Assembly: GCA_965200085.1 (NCBI GenBank)
Contig: OZ241333.1
Span: 547,704 to 611,703, forward strand
Length of the DNA stretch: 64,000 bases
Direction: 5' to 3'
Source of the DNA: Dehalococcoidia bacterium
Lineage (GTDB): Bacteria > Chloroflexota > Dehalococcoidia > Lucifugimonadales > JADFKI01
Below, piece by piece: positions 52,757 through 62,512 of the stretch (its first letter is position 1; each line of letters starts with the position of its first letter). Position numbers and translations under genes: made by a program. Below the pieces are notes generated by a model. The model worked only from the letters and a program-made list of their open reading frames with translations, was not told where the DNA came from and did not search any database.

Positions 52757-54634
52757 ATGAACGTATTATTCATGTTATCCATTCTCGGATCGCTTATCCC
52801 CATAATCGTCATAGGGCTGATAATCTACGGCATCATAGTCTGGCGCCGCCGCGCCTCCGCTGCCGCTCCCGATACACACGAAGACCCTGGCATCGGAACA
52901 GTGCGTCGCCTCTACTTCTACATCGTCAGCTTCGTATCTCTCATGATGGCGGCGAACGGCATCACAATGCTCGCGGAGTCCATCCTCGACGCCATAGTCA
53001 TCGCCGGCATAATTTCAGACTCCGCCATAAGGATCGCCGCCGGCGCGTCCCTCACCATCGTCGGCTTGCCCCTCTGGTTCTTCCACTGGCGTTTCATACA
53101 GCGTGTCGTGCGCGATACCCCGGTTGAAACCCGCTCCATCCTCCGCAAACTCTACATCTATCTCGCCCTTGCAGTCGCCGGCGGGTTCATCATCTACAAC
53201 TCCTTCCACCTGCTGCAATGGATATTCGGCGTCGGCGATTTCAGTGGCTACAACATCGCCGCGGTGATAATATGGAGCGCCGTCTGGGCAGTCCACTGGT
53301 TCATCGAAGAACGCGAAAGGCAATCCACCCAATCCACCCCGGAAACCCTCGCAATCCGTCGCCTATACATCTACATCGCCGCTCTAACCGGTTTGGTGAT
53401 GCTCTCGTTCGGCATCGGACGCATAATTTACTTCATCCTGCTCGAAGGATATATCGCCCTGACATATCTGCCGGTCATCTCAGGCGAATCGGGTCTATGG
53501 CGTCCCGCGCTGCGCGGAATGCTGTCAGTCTCAATCATCGGCTTGCCAATATGGATACTCCACTGGCTCTACATCGCGCGCCGCGACTACGGATCCGCCC
53601 TGCGCCAAGTCTATCTGTACATCTTCGCAATTCTCGGCGGAGTTACCACCACCCTGTCTGCAATCGGAATCATCATCCACGAAACGCTAGTCTGGGCGTT
53701 CAACAACTTCAGCGCAGACTCAACCGCCGAACACTTCGAGTTCCTGCCCGGCGCCATCGCCCTGCTGAGCGTTGGCGCTGCGCTCTGGGCATACCACTGG
53801 CACAGAGTGCGGCACGAAGCAGACGAAACAAGCCAGCTCACCGGCGCTTTGCTCTCAGCCCGCCGAGCATACACCTACATCATGGCAGCCATAGGCACCG
53901 CCCTGCTCGCAGTCTCCATATTCATTCTCGTCAGCGCAGTCATCAGACTCATTGCAGGAAGTTTCAGCGATGCCATCGTCCTCAACGACCAATGGAAATC
54001 ACCCATTGTGAATATCATCACCCTCACTGTTCTGGGCGTTCCCATCTGGGGATACTACTGGCAGACGACCCAGCAGCGCAGGCAGTCTCACGGCCCCGAT
54101 GAAATACTCGCCATATCACGTCGCATATTCCTGTTTGCCGCTCTTGGTGTAGGCGTACTGTCGCTCCTCGGCAGTGTCAGCGTAGTTCTGTTCGTGCTCC
54201 TGCGCGACCTGCTGGAACTCTCGCTCACCCTAGACACCGTAAACTCCGTGGCGGATCCAATCGCCGTAATCGCAGCGGTCGCAGCCTTCCTGCCGTATTA
54301 CTGGTCAATCTATCGGCAAGACCAGCAGGATGTCCCCGAAAGCGCAGCGTCCCAAGAAGACGCCCCCGTCAGCTCGGAGCCGGCCGAAAAGCAGCGTCCC
54401 ACCAAAATGATAACCCTGCTCGCATCGGCGGACAGCGGCACACTCGCTCAGCGAATTGAAGATGCTCTTAACTGCGATGTAAACGTACTGCGATGGACAG
54501 ACGCGAACGCCTTCACGCCTGCGCTCACGGACGCCGAGCTTACCCTGCTTGCCCAGCGAGTCGCAGACACCGCAGGCGAACACATACTCCTAATCCCGGA
54601 CGGCGATCGGTTGCGTGTCCTGTCCCACGACTAA
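52757..54634 (+). CDS. Polytopic membrane protein built from six repeated two-helix modules plus a C-terminal soluble tail
   Basis: Six modules each start with a basic-YxY motif (VRRLYFYIV, LRKLYIYLA, IRRLYIYIA, LRQVYLYIF, ARRAYTYIM, SRRIFLFAA). Each ends with W..(H/Y)W (LWFFHWRF, VWAVHWFI, IWILHWLY, LWAYHWHR, IWGYYWQT, LPYYWSIY). Confidence 0.7.
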   Translation: MNVLFMLSILGSLIPIIVIGLIIYGIIVWRRRASAAAPDTHEDPGIGTVRRLYFYIVSFVSLMMAANGITMLAESILDAIVIAGIISDSAIRIAAGASLTIVGLPLWFFHWRFIQRVVRDTPVETRSILRKLYIYLALAVAGGFIIYNSFHLLQWIFGVGDFSGYNIAAVIIWSAVWAVHWFIEERERQSTQSTPETLAIRRLYIYIAALTGLVMLSFGIGRIIYFILLEGYIALTYLPVISGESGLWRPALRGMLSVSIIGLPIWILHWLYIARRDYGSALRQVYLYIFAILGGVTTTLSAIGIIIHETLVWAFNNFSADSTAEHFEFLPGAIALLSVGAALWAYHWHRVRHEADETSQLTGALLSARRAYTYIMAAIGTALLAVSIFILVSAVIRLIAGSFSDAIVLNDQWKSPIVNIITLTVLGVPIWGYYWQTTQQRRQSHGPDEILAISRRIFLFAALGVGVLSLLGSVSVVLFVLLRDLLELSLTLDTVNSVADPIAVIAAVAAFLPYYWSIYRQDQQDVPESAASQEDAPVSSEPAEKQRPTKMITLLASADSGTLAQRIEDALNCDVNVLRWTDANAFTPALTDAELTLLAQRVADTAGEHILLIPDGDRLRVLSHD

Positions 54635-54672
54635 TCCGGATTCCTAATCCAGAGCAGGCTCTTCACACTTGG

Positions 54673-55821
54673 CTATCCGCCCCGCCTCGGCGGTATAGGT
54701 GGCATCGGTGGTGTCGGCGGCGCTGCGGGTGCACTCCCTTCCTCAGGCGGGAACACCAGCTTCCGCACAGGGTAATTTATCTCAATCCCCTCAGCCGTCA
54801 GTCTCGAATGGACTACCTTCACAAGTTCGCTCGTCAGGAAGAAACTCCCAATCCTGTCAGTTGCCCGTATGAACACCCAGAAGCTGATATTTGAATCTCC
54901 GAACTCCTCAAAGCCGAACCATGGCTCGCTCTTCACCGCATGCTCCGACATATCCACCAGCTCCTGCGCCGCATCGCGCACCACACGTTCCACCTGCCCA
55001 AGATCGCAGTCGTAGCTCACACCACAGTACACCAGTACATCTATCGCAGGCGACGGACTGTAATAGTTCGTAACAATACTGCTCGCCATCTGCGAATTAG
55101 GAATAATCACCAGATTGTTGAACATGGAGCGTATCTTCGTGCTGCGCCATCCCACCTCCACGACATACCCCGCAGGTCCCCCCTGTATCTCAATGTAATC
55201 GCCCACATTCAGCTCCCCCTCCGTTACCACATAAGTCCCTGCGAAGAAATTCGCAAGCGTAGGCTGCACCGCCAGCGCGACAGCAAGCCCCCCAACTCCT
55301 AAGCCCGCTAGTATCGGACTTATCGGGATATTCAGCACCGACAGCGCCATCAAAAAACCCAGCGAATACACCAGCAGAGGCATAACCCGCCTCAACGGAG
55401 GCAGCAGACGATCGTCCAGCTCCGTCTCCGTCTTGTCCGCCATACTGCGGATGTACCAGCTCAAAGAGGCATCCATTACGTGATATAGCAGATACGCCGC
55501 TTCGACGATTACCACCACCAGCCATATACGCAGTATGTAATCTTCAAAACTTGCCAGCAGACCATAGAGTGGGTTATCCAAATTCGCCAAAATCAGCAAG
55601 CCAATAAACAGCCCTGACAGCGCGATGAACAGCGTTATTGGTCCGCGCATCGTGTTCAGAACATCGATAGCCAGCGCACCCGGCACTTGTCGCGCCCAGT
55701 GTCTCAGCACTGCTTGCATAACCAGATTTGCAATTCCGGACGCAGCCAGAAACACCACAAACACTATTGCGGCAAGAACAGGCCCGCCCACATCTGATTG
55801 GCTAATAAACGGCGGCAGCAT
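54673..55821 (-). CDS. MscS-family mechanosensitive channel
   Basis: It has N-terminal TM helices and the conserved beta-domain VGDYIEIQGGPAGYVVEVGWRSTKIRSMFNNLVIIPNS. Confidence 0.85.
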   Translation of the reverse strand: MLPPFISQSDVGGPVLAAIVFVVFLAASGIANLVMQAVLRHWARQVPGALAIDVLNTMRGPITLFIALSGLFIGLLILANLDNPLYGLLASFEDYILRIWLVVVIVEAAYLLYHVMDASLSWYIRSMADKTETELDDRLLPPLRRVMPLLVYSLGFLMALSVLNIPISPILAGLGVGGLAVALAVQPTLANFFAGTYVVTEGELNVGDYIEIQGGPAGYVVEVGWRSTKIRSMFNNLVIIPNSQMASSIVTNYYSPSPAIDVLVYCGVSYDCDLGQVERVVRDAAQELVDMSEHAVKSEPWFGFEEFGDSNISFWVFIRATDRIGSFFLTSELVKVVHSRLTAEGIEINYPVRKLVFPPEEGSAPAAPPTPPMPPIPPRRGG

Positions 55822-55883
55822 CTACATACCTTTCATACTTATCCATCAAAACCCCCGTCATAACTCCGGATCCCTCACCCCAC

Positions 55884-56573
55884 TCATTCCACGGTTACAA
55901 GATTCCGTATATTATCCAAAGTCCCCGTGCCTATGCCGTTCACATCCAGCAGTCCGTCCACACTCACGAAATCGCCGTTAGCCTCACGATAACCCACGAT
56001 CGCCTGTGCCTTCACGTCCCCAATGCCCGGCAAAGTCTTCAGAAGTTCCACATCCGCACTGTTTAGGTTAACCTTGCCGTTCAAACGGGCGTCTGCCCGA
56101 CCGTCTACCCGACCGTCTGGCTGATGGTCTGACTGACCGTCTCCAACCCGCACATCGCCTCTGCCGGAATCAACCAATCCCATATTAGGCGGCGCAGCTT
56201 CCCCCCTCCTCGGAATGTGCCAATGCTCTTCATCGCGCACAATCACCGCCAAATTGACCGCAGTAATATCCGCATCGTCAGTTACTCCGCCCGCAAGCAG
56301 CAGCACATTCGCCAGACGGCTGTCTCCGTTCACAATGTACACGCCCGGGTTAACTACTGCCCCGGTTACGTACACGCCTACTCGCGCATCCCGCAGCGAA
56401 GGCGTGCTCGTAGGCGCGGGGGTAACTGTTGGAACAGCTTCTACCACCCGAATCTCGCTCCCGTCGGATATGCCCGGCAGTACCATAACCACAAATCCGC
56501 CCAAAGCAGCCAGCAGAACCAGCACGCCCAATATTATGTTAGGAGAGTCCGACTTCATATCCGCCCCATGCAC
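55884..56573 (-). CDS. comEA: ComEA-family DNA-binding protein (SLBB plus helix-hairpin-helix)
   Basis: It has an N-terminal TM helix, VYVTGAVVNPGVY (SLBB) and C-terminal VNLNSADVELLKTLPGIGDVKAQAIVGYREANGDF.SVDGLLDVNGIG. Confidence 0.85.
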   Translation of the reverse strand: MHGADMKSDSPNIILGVLVLLAALGGFVVMVLPGISDGSEIRVVEAVPTVTPAPTSTPSLRDARVGVYVTGAVVNPGVYIVNGDSRLANVLLLAGGVTDDADITAVNLAVIVRDEEHWHIPRRGEAAPPNMGLVDSGRGDVRVGDGQSDHQPDGRVDGRADARLNGKVNLNSADVELLKTLPGIGDVKAQAIVGYREANGDFVSVDGLLDVNGIGTGTLDNIRNLVTVE

Positions 56574-56864
56574 AAGTTAAACAGCACAAATATGACGCAA
56601 TCGCGCTTCAAGTGTCAAGTGGCGCGCCTCCGTATTCCGCTGCGCCGGCGTCAAATCCCCATTCTGCACATCTCTGACAATCTTCAGCTTACACAAGAGC
56701 CTTGTCGATTCTACATACAGACCTGCTAACATTAACACTTGCAAACAACACTTATATTATTATCGAAAAAACATTATAACGACTCGCTATATGCTAAAAT
56801 AACCTGCATTCCAATATCCGCATATCATTTCATCCGTAATCCATCAGCCGAGAGGAGTTGCCGC

Positions 56865-57302
56865 TTGAAAGTAGAAGGCACTTTCGCAATCAACGCCAAG
56901 CGCGAGCAAGTATGGGACTCGCTAATGTCGCCCGAAACCCTTGCGGGCTGCATACCCGGATGCCAAAGCTTCGAGCCTGTGGATGCCGACACATACAAAG
57001 TTGCCATGCGCGTGGGCGTGGCGTCCGTGCGCGGCAACTACACCGGCAGCGTAACCATCGCCGACAGGCAGCCCCTGCAATCATACAGAATGATTGTGCA
57101 AGGCAGAGGCAGAGGCGGCAGTGTGCGCGGCGAAGGCGTCCTTACCCTCACCGACCTCCAAGACGGCACGCAGCTCAGCGTCAGCGGCGACGCGCAAGTA
57201 ACCGGCGTAGTCGCCCGCGTGGGACAGCGGCTCATGGGCAACGCCTCCCGCATGCTCATGAACCAGTTCTTCAACTGCCTAAAATCTAAAATAGAAGACT
57301 AA
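56865..57302 (+). CDS. SRPBCC-fold CoxG-family protein
   Basis: (L)KVEGTFAINAKREQVWDSLMSPETLAGCIPGCQSFE..DADTYK....VGVASVRGNY.G is the CoxG pattern. The start is TTG at 56865, 7 nt after GAGGAG. Confidence 0.8.
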   Translation: MKVEGTFAINAKREQVWDSLMSPETLAGCIPGCQSFEPVDADTYKVAMRVGVASVRGNYTGSVTIADRQPLQSYRMIVQGRGRGGSVRGEGVLTLTDLQDGTQLSVSGDAQVTGVVARVGQRLMGNASRMLMNQFFNCLKSKIED

Positions 57303-57406
57303 CCTGCAGCGTCTAACAGGATGCACAACCCAGCCGCAAGGCGCACAACCCTTTATAGAAAGCCAACCAGTCTATCTACAAGATCGACAATGGCAAAGGA
57401 CAGAAA

Positions 57407-58258
57407 ATGTCATTTGAATATATCGATACGCAGGAAATCGGCGGCGTGCTCGTTATCACGATGAACGACGCGCCCACGCGCAATGCCATCGGAGACGAGA
57501 TGGCAGCAGAAATCAACTCCGAAATAGACCGACTGGAAGCATCCTCCACACTGCGCGCCCTTGTGCTCACCGGACGCGATCCATCCTTCTGCTCCGGCGC
57601 CAATGTCAAACGCATGAATCAAGCAAACGAAGAACGCGAAGCCGAACCAATCCCCCAAGACCTCACTCCTTGGGAATACCTAGACCGCGAGTGGGAAGCA
57701 GCGGCAGCAGGCGAAAGCTACATGGACGGCGTGCGTTTCATGCCCCTCACACTGCACAACATGCAGAAGCCCACCATCGCCGCCGTGAACGGATACGCCA
57801 TGGGACTGGGTATGGGCATCGCGCTCTCCTGCGACATACGCATCGCATCCGAAAACGCTCGCTTCTCAGAAACATTCATCAGGCGCGGACTCATACCTGC
57901 AGACGGCTCATGCTGGCAGCTCCCGCGCATGATTGGCATCAGCAACACCTTCATCTTGCAGTACACCGGAGACATCGTGGACGCCGACGAAGCATATCGG
58001 CTGGGCATGGTCAGCAAAGTTACACCGCACGATAAACTAATAGACACCACCCTCGAACTCGCACAGCGCATCGCCGCCGGCCCCACATACTCCATGGCGA
58101 TGATAAAGCGCCTCGTCCACAAATCCCTGCACACAAACCTCGCCGAAAGCCTGCAGCTCGCCGGCCCCGCGCAGAACATAGCGCGCCGAACCGCCGACCA
58201 CAAAGAGGGCGTGCGCGCCTTCGTGGAGAAGCGGCAGCCCCGCTACATCGGCAGATAA
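57407..58258 (+). CDS. Enoyl-CoA hydratase/isomerase (crotonase) family protein
   Basis: It has VLTGRDPSFCSGANV and PTIAAVNGYAMGLGMGIALSCDIRIAS (oxyanion-hole segments), then EGVRAF.EKR. Confidence 0.88.
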   Translation: MSFEYIDTQEIGGVLVITMNDAPTRNAIGDEMAAEINSEIDRLEASSTLRALVLTGRDPSFCSGANVKRMNQANEEREAEPIPQDLTPWEYLDREWEAAAAGESYMDGVRFMPLTLHNMQKPTIAAVNGYAMGLGMGIALSCDIRIASENARFSETFIRRGLIPADGSCWQLPRMIGISNTFILQYTGDIVDADEAYRLGMVSKVTPHDKLIDTTLELAQRIAAGPTYSMAMIKRLVHKSLHTNLAESLQLAGPAQNIARRTADHKEGVRAFVEKRQPRYIGR

Positions 58259-58284
58259 GCGACACGCCGACCAAGTGAATTCAC

Positions 58285-58506
58285 ATGACAAACGACGCTA
58301 ATCACACGACACCACTAGCAACTTATTCCAACGAAATGGAAGCCCAGATGATCGCGCAGCTCCTGCGGGAAAACGGCATCGGAGCGTATGTCAAACCATT
58401 GGGCTTCGGCTACGGCGGTATCGGCGTAACCCAATTCATACCCCATCGCGTTCTGATATATCAACGCGACATGCTCCGCGCGCAGGAAATCCTAGGCGAA
58501 GACTAA
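58285..58506 (+). CDS. DUF2007-like small protein
   Basis: NEMEAQMIAQLLRENGIGAYV and a C-terminal A.EIL fit the small putative signal-transducing fold. Recall only. Confidence 0.55.
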   Translation: MTNDANHTTPLATYSNEMEAQMIAQLLRENGIGAYVKPLGFGYGGIGVTQFIPHRVLIYQRDMLRAQEILGED

Positions 58507-59361
58507 TTACTCTTCAGCATCCAAAAACCAGCGCACCGTCGCCTCAAACGCCCCGGGAAACTCCTGATAGAACCAGTGCCCGCCTCCCTCAAGCTCCGCA
58601 AGCCGAAGCATCGGCGCGCTCCCCGCTATCGCCTCACGCATCCGCACCGCAACCTCATGCGTCAGCAGGTTACTCTGCCGTCCGCGCACAATCAGCGTAG
58701 GCACGGTCAGGCTGCTCCACTCAGCCCATAAATCCGGGCGCTCATACGCTCCCAGCAGCAGCCGGTCTCGCTTCCACACCCGCCTGCCGTCCGCAAGTTC
58801 GCGCGTCATCCACCGCGCCTGATGCCGCAGCATTTCATCCGTGGACTGAGGCTGCCGATCTCGCAGCCTCTCTACCACCGCATCCAGCGAGTCCCACTCA
58901 TCCGATTCCGCATTATACCGCACGAACATGCCCCGCGAATCCGGATTTACCGCGTCAGGATCAATATCTACCACCACAAGCGAACTCACCGCATCTGGAT
59001 GCTCCGCAGCGAACACAAACGCATAGCGCCCACCGGCAGAGTGCCCCACTAAAACAAGTTCATTCGGATCCAAATGAGACACCAGCGCTTCAACATCCGC
59101 GACATAATCGCGAAATCCGTATGCGTCCGGCGCAGTATGCGCGCTGTCCCCATGCCCCCGGCTGTCCAGCGCAGCCACACGATACTCGGAGCGCATCGCA
59201 GCCGCAAACACATCCCAGCTTCTCGCGCAGTCCTGCAAACCATGCAGCAGAACCATAGTCGGCGCATCCGGAGCAGGTGAACCCCAGTCTAGGTAGTGCA
59301 GCCGAACGTCGTCAGCGTCAAAGAATCCGTCTGTCGGCTGAAAATCCTGCATCGCCATCAT
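58507..59361 (-). CDS. Alpha/beta-fold hydrolase
   Basis: It has PTMVLLHGL, the nucleophile elbow LVGHSAGG and C-terminal GGGHWF. Confidence 0.85.
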   Translation of the reverse strand: MMAMQDFQPTDGFFDADDVRLHYLDWGSPAPDAPTMVLLHGLQDCARSWDVFAAAMRSEYRVAALDSRGHGDSAHTAPDAYGFRDYVADVEALVSHLDPNELVLVGHSAGGRYAFVFAAEHPDAVSSLVVVDIDPDAVNPDSRGMFVRYNAESDEWDSLDAVVERLRDRQPQSTDEMLRHQARWMTRELADGRRVWKRDRLLLGAYERPDLWAEWSSLTVPTLIVRGRQSNLLTHEVAVRMREAIAGSAPMLRLAELEGGGHWFYQEFPGAFEATVRWFLDAEE

Positions 59362-60291
59362 CTATATCCGCGGCAGATAACGCCTAGGAAACTTAGCAAC
59401 CACCGAATACAGAATATCCACCATATTAGCAAGACGCACACGCGCGACCTGCGAACACAGCTGGTACCCTGTCAGGCGGTCGATGCCGTAATCCGACTCC
59501 AGCCACATCACAAGCTCATAGAAAGCGATGCGCGCTGCATCCTCCATAGGGCGCGCGCTTCCGATAGTCATCAGAAACTCGTCTGACTCCACCCTGGGCG
59601 TCGCGATTGCCTGCCCCTTAATCAGATTAACAGTGATCGTACCGCGCGTCGGGATTTCAGTAGCCACGCCGCAAACCTCCGCATCCCCTTGCGCCGCATG
59701 TCCGTCTCCCACGTGCAGCAGCGCGCCCGAAACATTCACCGGCAAATGAACGGTATTCCCCGGGCAAACATCCGCAGCGTCCATATTGCCGCCATGAAAA
59801 CCCGGCGCGAGCGATGACACAGCCTCAAGCTCCGGCGCCGTGCCGATAGTTCCATAAAACGGCTCATAAGGTATCGTCGCTATGTCTAGCGAATCAGAGA
59901 AAGTAATCTCGCCATTGCGTATCGGATGCAGCATAACGCGGGCGGGTAGGGGAGGATTCAGCGTGCGAGTAAACACCGTGCCGCACAGACCGCCAAACTC
60001 CGGAATCAGCGCGCTTACGCCGTAGTCGCGCGTAACATCAATGGAATGAATCGTTACGCTGAGCGTATCGCCCTTCTCAGCGCCCTCCACATAGATAGGA
60101 CCCGTCAGCGGGTTCACATAAGGCAGCGTGATTATCTGCGTAATGTCAGCGTCCGGCGAATCTATTCTGTTCTCGAAGGCATCCGCCGTCTCCACCACAA
60201 AAGTCTCGCCCGGCACAACCCGCGCCACAGGCTGCTTATACGGCCCAATCACATACGAAAAATCGCCCGTATCATTAACAATCGTCTGCAA
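59362..60291 (-). CDS. Acetamidase/formamidase-family amidohydrolase
   Basis: It has PGETFVVET.DAF, NPLTGPIYVEGAEKGDTL.V.I and HVGDGHAAQGDAEVCG. Its stop abuts the start of the next gene at 59361. Confidence 0.85.
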   Translation of the reverse strand: MQTIVNDTGDFSYVIGPYKQPVARVVPGETFVVETADAFENRIDSPDADITQIITLPYVNPLTGPIYVEGAEKGDTLSVTIHSIDVTRDYGVSALIPEFGGLCGTVFTRTLNPPLPARVMLHPIRNGEITFSDSLDIATIPYEPFYGTIGTAPELEAVSSLAPGFHGGNMDAADVCPGNTVHLPVNVSGALLHVGDGHAAQGDAEVCGVATEIPTRGTITVNLIKGQAIATPRVESDEFLMTIGSARPMEDAARIAFYELVMWLESDYGIDRLTGYQLCSQVARVRLANMVDILYSVVAKFPRRYLPRI

Positions 60292-60310
60292 AATACCGCC
60301 CTCTACAATC

Positions 60311-62509
60311 TCAACCGTCCCGCACTATCCCCAATTCATCTATGTATGGCGATGATGCAGAACCTTGCCCCAAATGCTTGTCCACCAGCATCACAATCCG
60401 AGCTTTTGCCCGTGTGAACGCCACATAAAATACACGCCGTTCTGCCTCCATCTGTTCAGGAGTTTTTGCATTTCGGTTTGGCCATATACCATCCACTACA
60501 TCGAGCAGCACCACAGTATCAAACTCTTTGCCTTTAGCGCGTAAAGCTGTCATTAAGTGCAAAGGATCTTTCCAAAGATTATCTTGGTTGCCGTCATCCT
60601 CAAATGGTGGAACATACAAAAGTGTACGCTTAGCAAGCATCACAGCATGAACGAATGAATCGTAATCTTCGCCGTATCGTTCTGCATATTTCGCAAGCTG
60701 TAGGAAAGGTGGATCCGTGTAGAAAATATCTTCTTCAGCTTTGCCCATATCATAGTGCAAGCCTTCGAAACAATCGCTTAATGTGTGAAGTGTATCTGCT
60801 ACTGTATGAGAACTAACGAAATCAGATATAGCATCAGCCATTTCAATGCTCATTTGGCGTCCGTGGTTTTTGCCTTTAAGTTCTCCATCATATTGCTCCA
60901 GGGCTTCTATTGCAGACCTTATATCTCTGGGGAAGGCTTGATGAAGATGCCTAAGCACCCCTTGTTTGTTTTTCCTATTCAGCGGGTAACGCTTCACCAA
61001 ATCGCATAAATCTACTATATCATTTACTATTTGACCACTACTTTGACGACCTAATGAGCGTGCTTTAATTTCCAAAAGGTTAAGTAAGCGGTCAAAAGTC
61101 TTACTTAGAAAAACTTGCAAATCTTCTGCGGCACAAAAGGGAACTTTCTTTGATGCAAAATATACTTGATACGGGATAATTTGGCTCCGCTTGCGTCCGA
61201 TAATTGCAACACGACTCGGACTGCCGCCCGCCGCTGTCGTCTCTTTTACTAGGTTATGCACATAATCGAGTGATTCTTCAAATCCGCTGGTTTCGATGAT
61301 GTCAATAAGGGCAGAATCACGGCTGGATGCCTTTATTTGCTTGGGCACCCTTCGTCCGTTATGTTCAATCAACATCTGAGAGTGGATAACAACATTCGCA
61401 GGTGAACGATAGTTTACACCAAGAGTATATGTCTTGAACTCAGTGCCAAAGAATTCTTCCGGGTTAAGAATATACTCAGGTGTTGCTCCACGCCATTCGA
61501 ATATTGCTTGGTCATCATCCCCCGCTATGGTCAGTGTGGCTCGATTGCGCTCGACAATAGCTTTGACCAATGCTAAGTCTAATGGATTAATGTCTTGAAA
61601 CTCGTCAACAAAGATATGGTTGTAGCTCGCAGCACCTGAAAGGCGTCTGCCTTCCTCTACATTCTTGTACTCATCAAGGTAAGCGTAGTATTTCTGATCC
61701 TCCAGCGTAAATGTAGCGCTCTCTATTAAATGCGCCGTAGAATCTCGCCAAAATCTAAAGAAGGCATTATATACTTTGCGCTTGTTCCCTATGGGAACTT
61801 CCTGCCTATCTTCAATGATTTGGCTGTCAAGTACATCTAGCTTGGTTAGCTCGTTGCATTGCTCTTCCAGCCGCCAACCCAAACCCTGCCGTACCAACTC
61901 ATCCCAATGCTTGGCAAATTTCTGATAGTTCGTATGTCGAACATGATCGAATCCAAGTGACTTGAAAGCATCTATTGAGTCCATCAATTTTCTCGGCGAA
62001 TTGCGTTGAGTCCATGAATTCTTGTTTATTGCATCTCGAATGCTTGTGTGCTTCTGCCATATAGGCTGAAGCTGATTCAACATTGCAAAATGATAATCAT
62101 CTTTCGATGTGATTAACTTAGGATAGGAAGAGACATTTTTAATGCGCCTGAAACCCCAAGAATTCAGCGTAGTAATCTCGACAAAATCTCGTATGGAGGA
62201 AAACTCGAAGTCTTCGTTAAGCCTCGTTGTAAGTTCCTGTTGTGCTGCTTTAGTGAAGGTTACTATTAAGAAACGCAATCTGCGGGGCCGAACAAGATTG
62301 GACGCTTTATCCGCAAGGTATTTGCATATGTACAGCAGGCAGAGCGTCTTACCACAACCTGCCGGAGCAAGCAATCTAATATTGTTCGTAGAAGGCGCTC
62401 TGCAAAAATTCCTTTGGGATACATCTAACTGTTCTAGCAAACTAATCCTCCTTAACAGAAATATAACCACGGAGTTCGCTAATCTATTGATAGCGTCATC
62501 CCTATCCAA
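60311..62509 (-). CDS. UvrD/Rep-like superfamily-1 helicase (732 aa) in a clearly AT-richer segment
   Basis: It has Walker A LLAPAGCGKT, motif II IFVDEFQDINPLD, GDDDQAIFEWRGA, VNYRS, and C-terminal KGKEFDTVVLL and VAFTRAKARIVML. The TTG start lies 1 codon after the stop of the upstream small ORF. Confidence 0.85.
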   Translation of the reverse strand: MDRDDAINRLANSVVIFLLRRISLLEQLDVSQRNFCRAPSTNNIRLLAPAGCGKTLCLLYICKYLADKASNLVRPRRLRFLIVTFTKAAQQELTTRLNEDFEFSSIRDFVEITTLNSWGFRRIKNVSSYPKLITSKDDYHFAMLNQLQPIWQKHTSIRDAINKNSWTQRNSPRKLMDSIDAFKSLGFDHVRHTNYQKFAKHWDELVRQGLGWRLEEQCNELTKLDVLDSQIIEDRQEVPIGNKRKVYNAFFRFWRDSTAHLIESATFTLEDQKYYAYLDEYKNVEEGRRLSGAASYNHIFVDEFQDINPLDLALVKAIVERNRATLTIAGDDDQAIFEWRGATPEYILNPEEFFGTEFKTYTLGVNYRSPANVVIHSQMLIEHNGRRVPKQIKASSRDSALIDIIETSGFEESLDYVHNLVKETTAAGGSPSRVAIIGRKRSQIIPYQVYFASKKVPFCAAEDLQVFLSKTFDRLLNLLEIKARSLGRQSSGQIVNDIVDLCDLVKRYPLNRKNKQGVLRHLHQAFPRDIRSAIEALEQYDGELKGKNHGRQMSIEMADAISDFVSSHTVADTLHTLSDCFEGLHYDMGKAEEDIFYTDPPFLQLAKYAERYGEDYDSFVHAVMLAKRTLLYVPPFEDDGNQDNLWKDPLHLMTALRAKGKEFDTVVLLDVVDGIWPNRNAKTPEQMEAERRVFYVAFTRAKARIVMLVDKHLGQGSASSPYIDELGIVRDG

Positions 62510-62512
62510 AAC

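Noticed and set aside
56097-56150. GACCGTCT short repeats inside comEA as a regulatory repeat.
   Set aside because: They lie within the coding region and simply encode a low-complexity DGR/DGQ linker between the SLBB and HhH domains.
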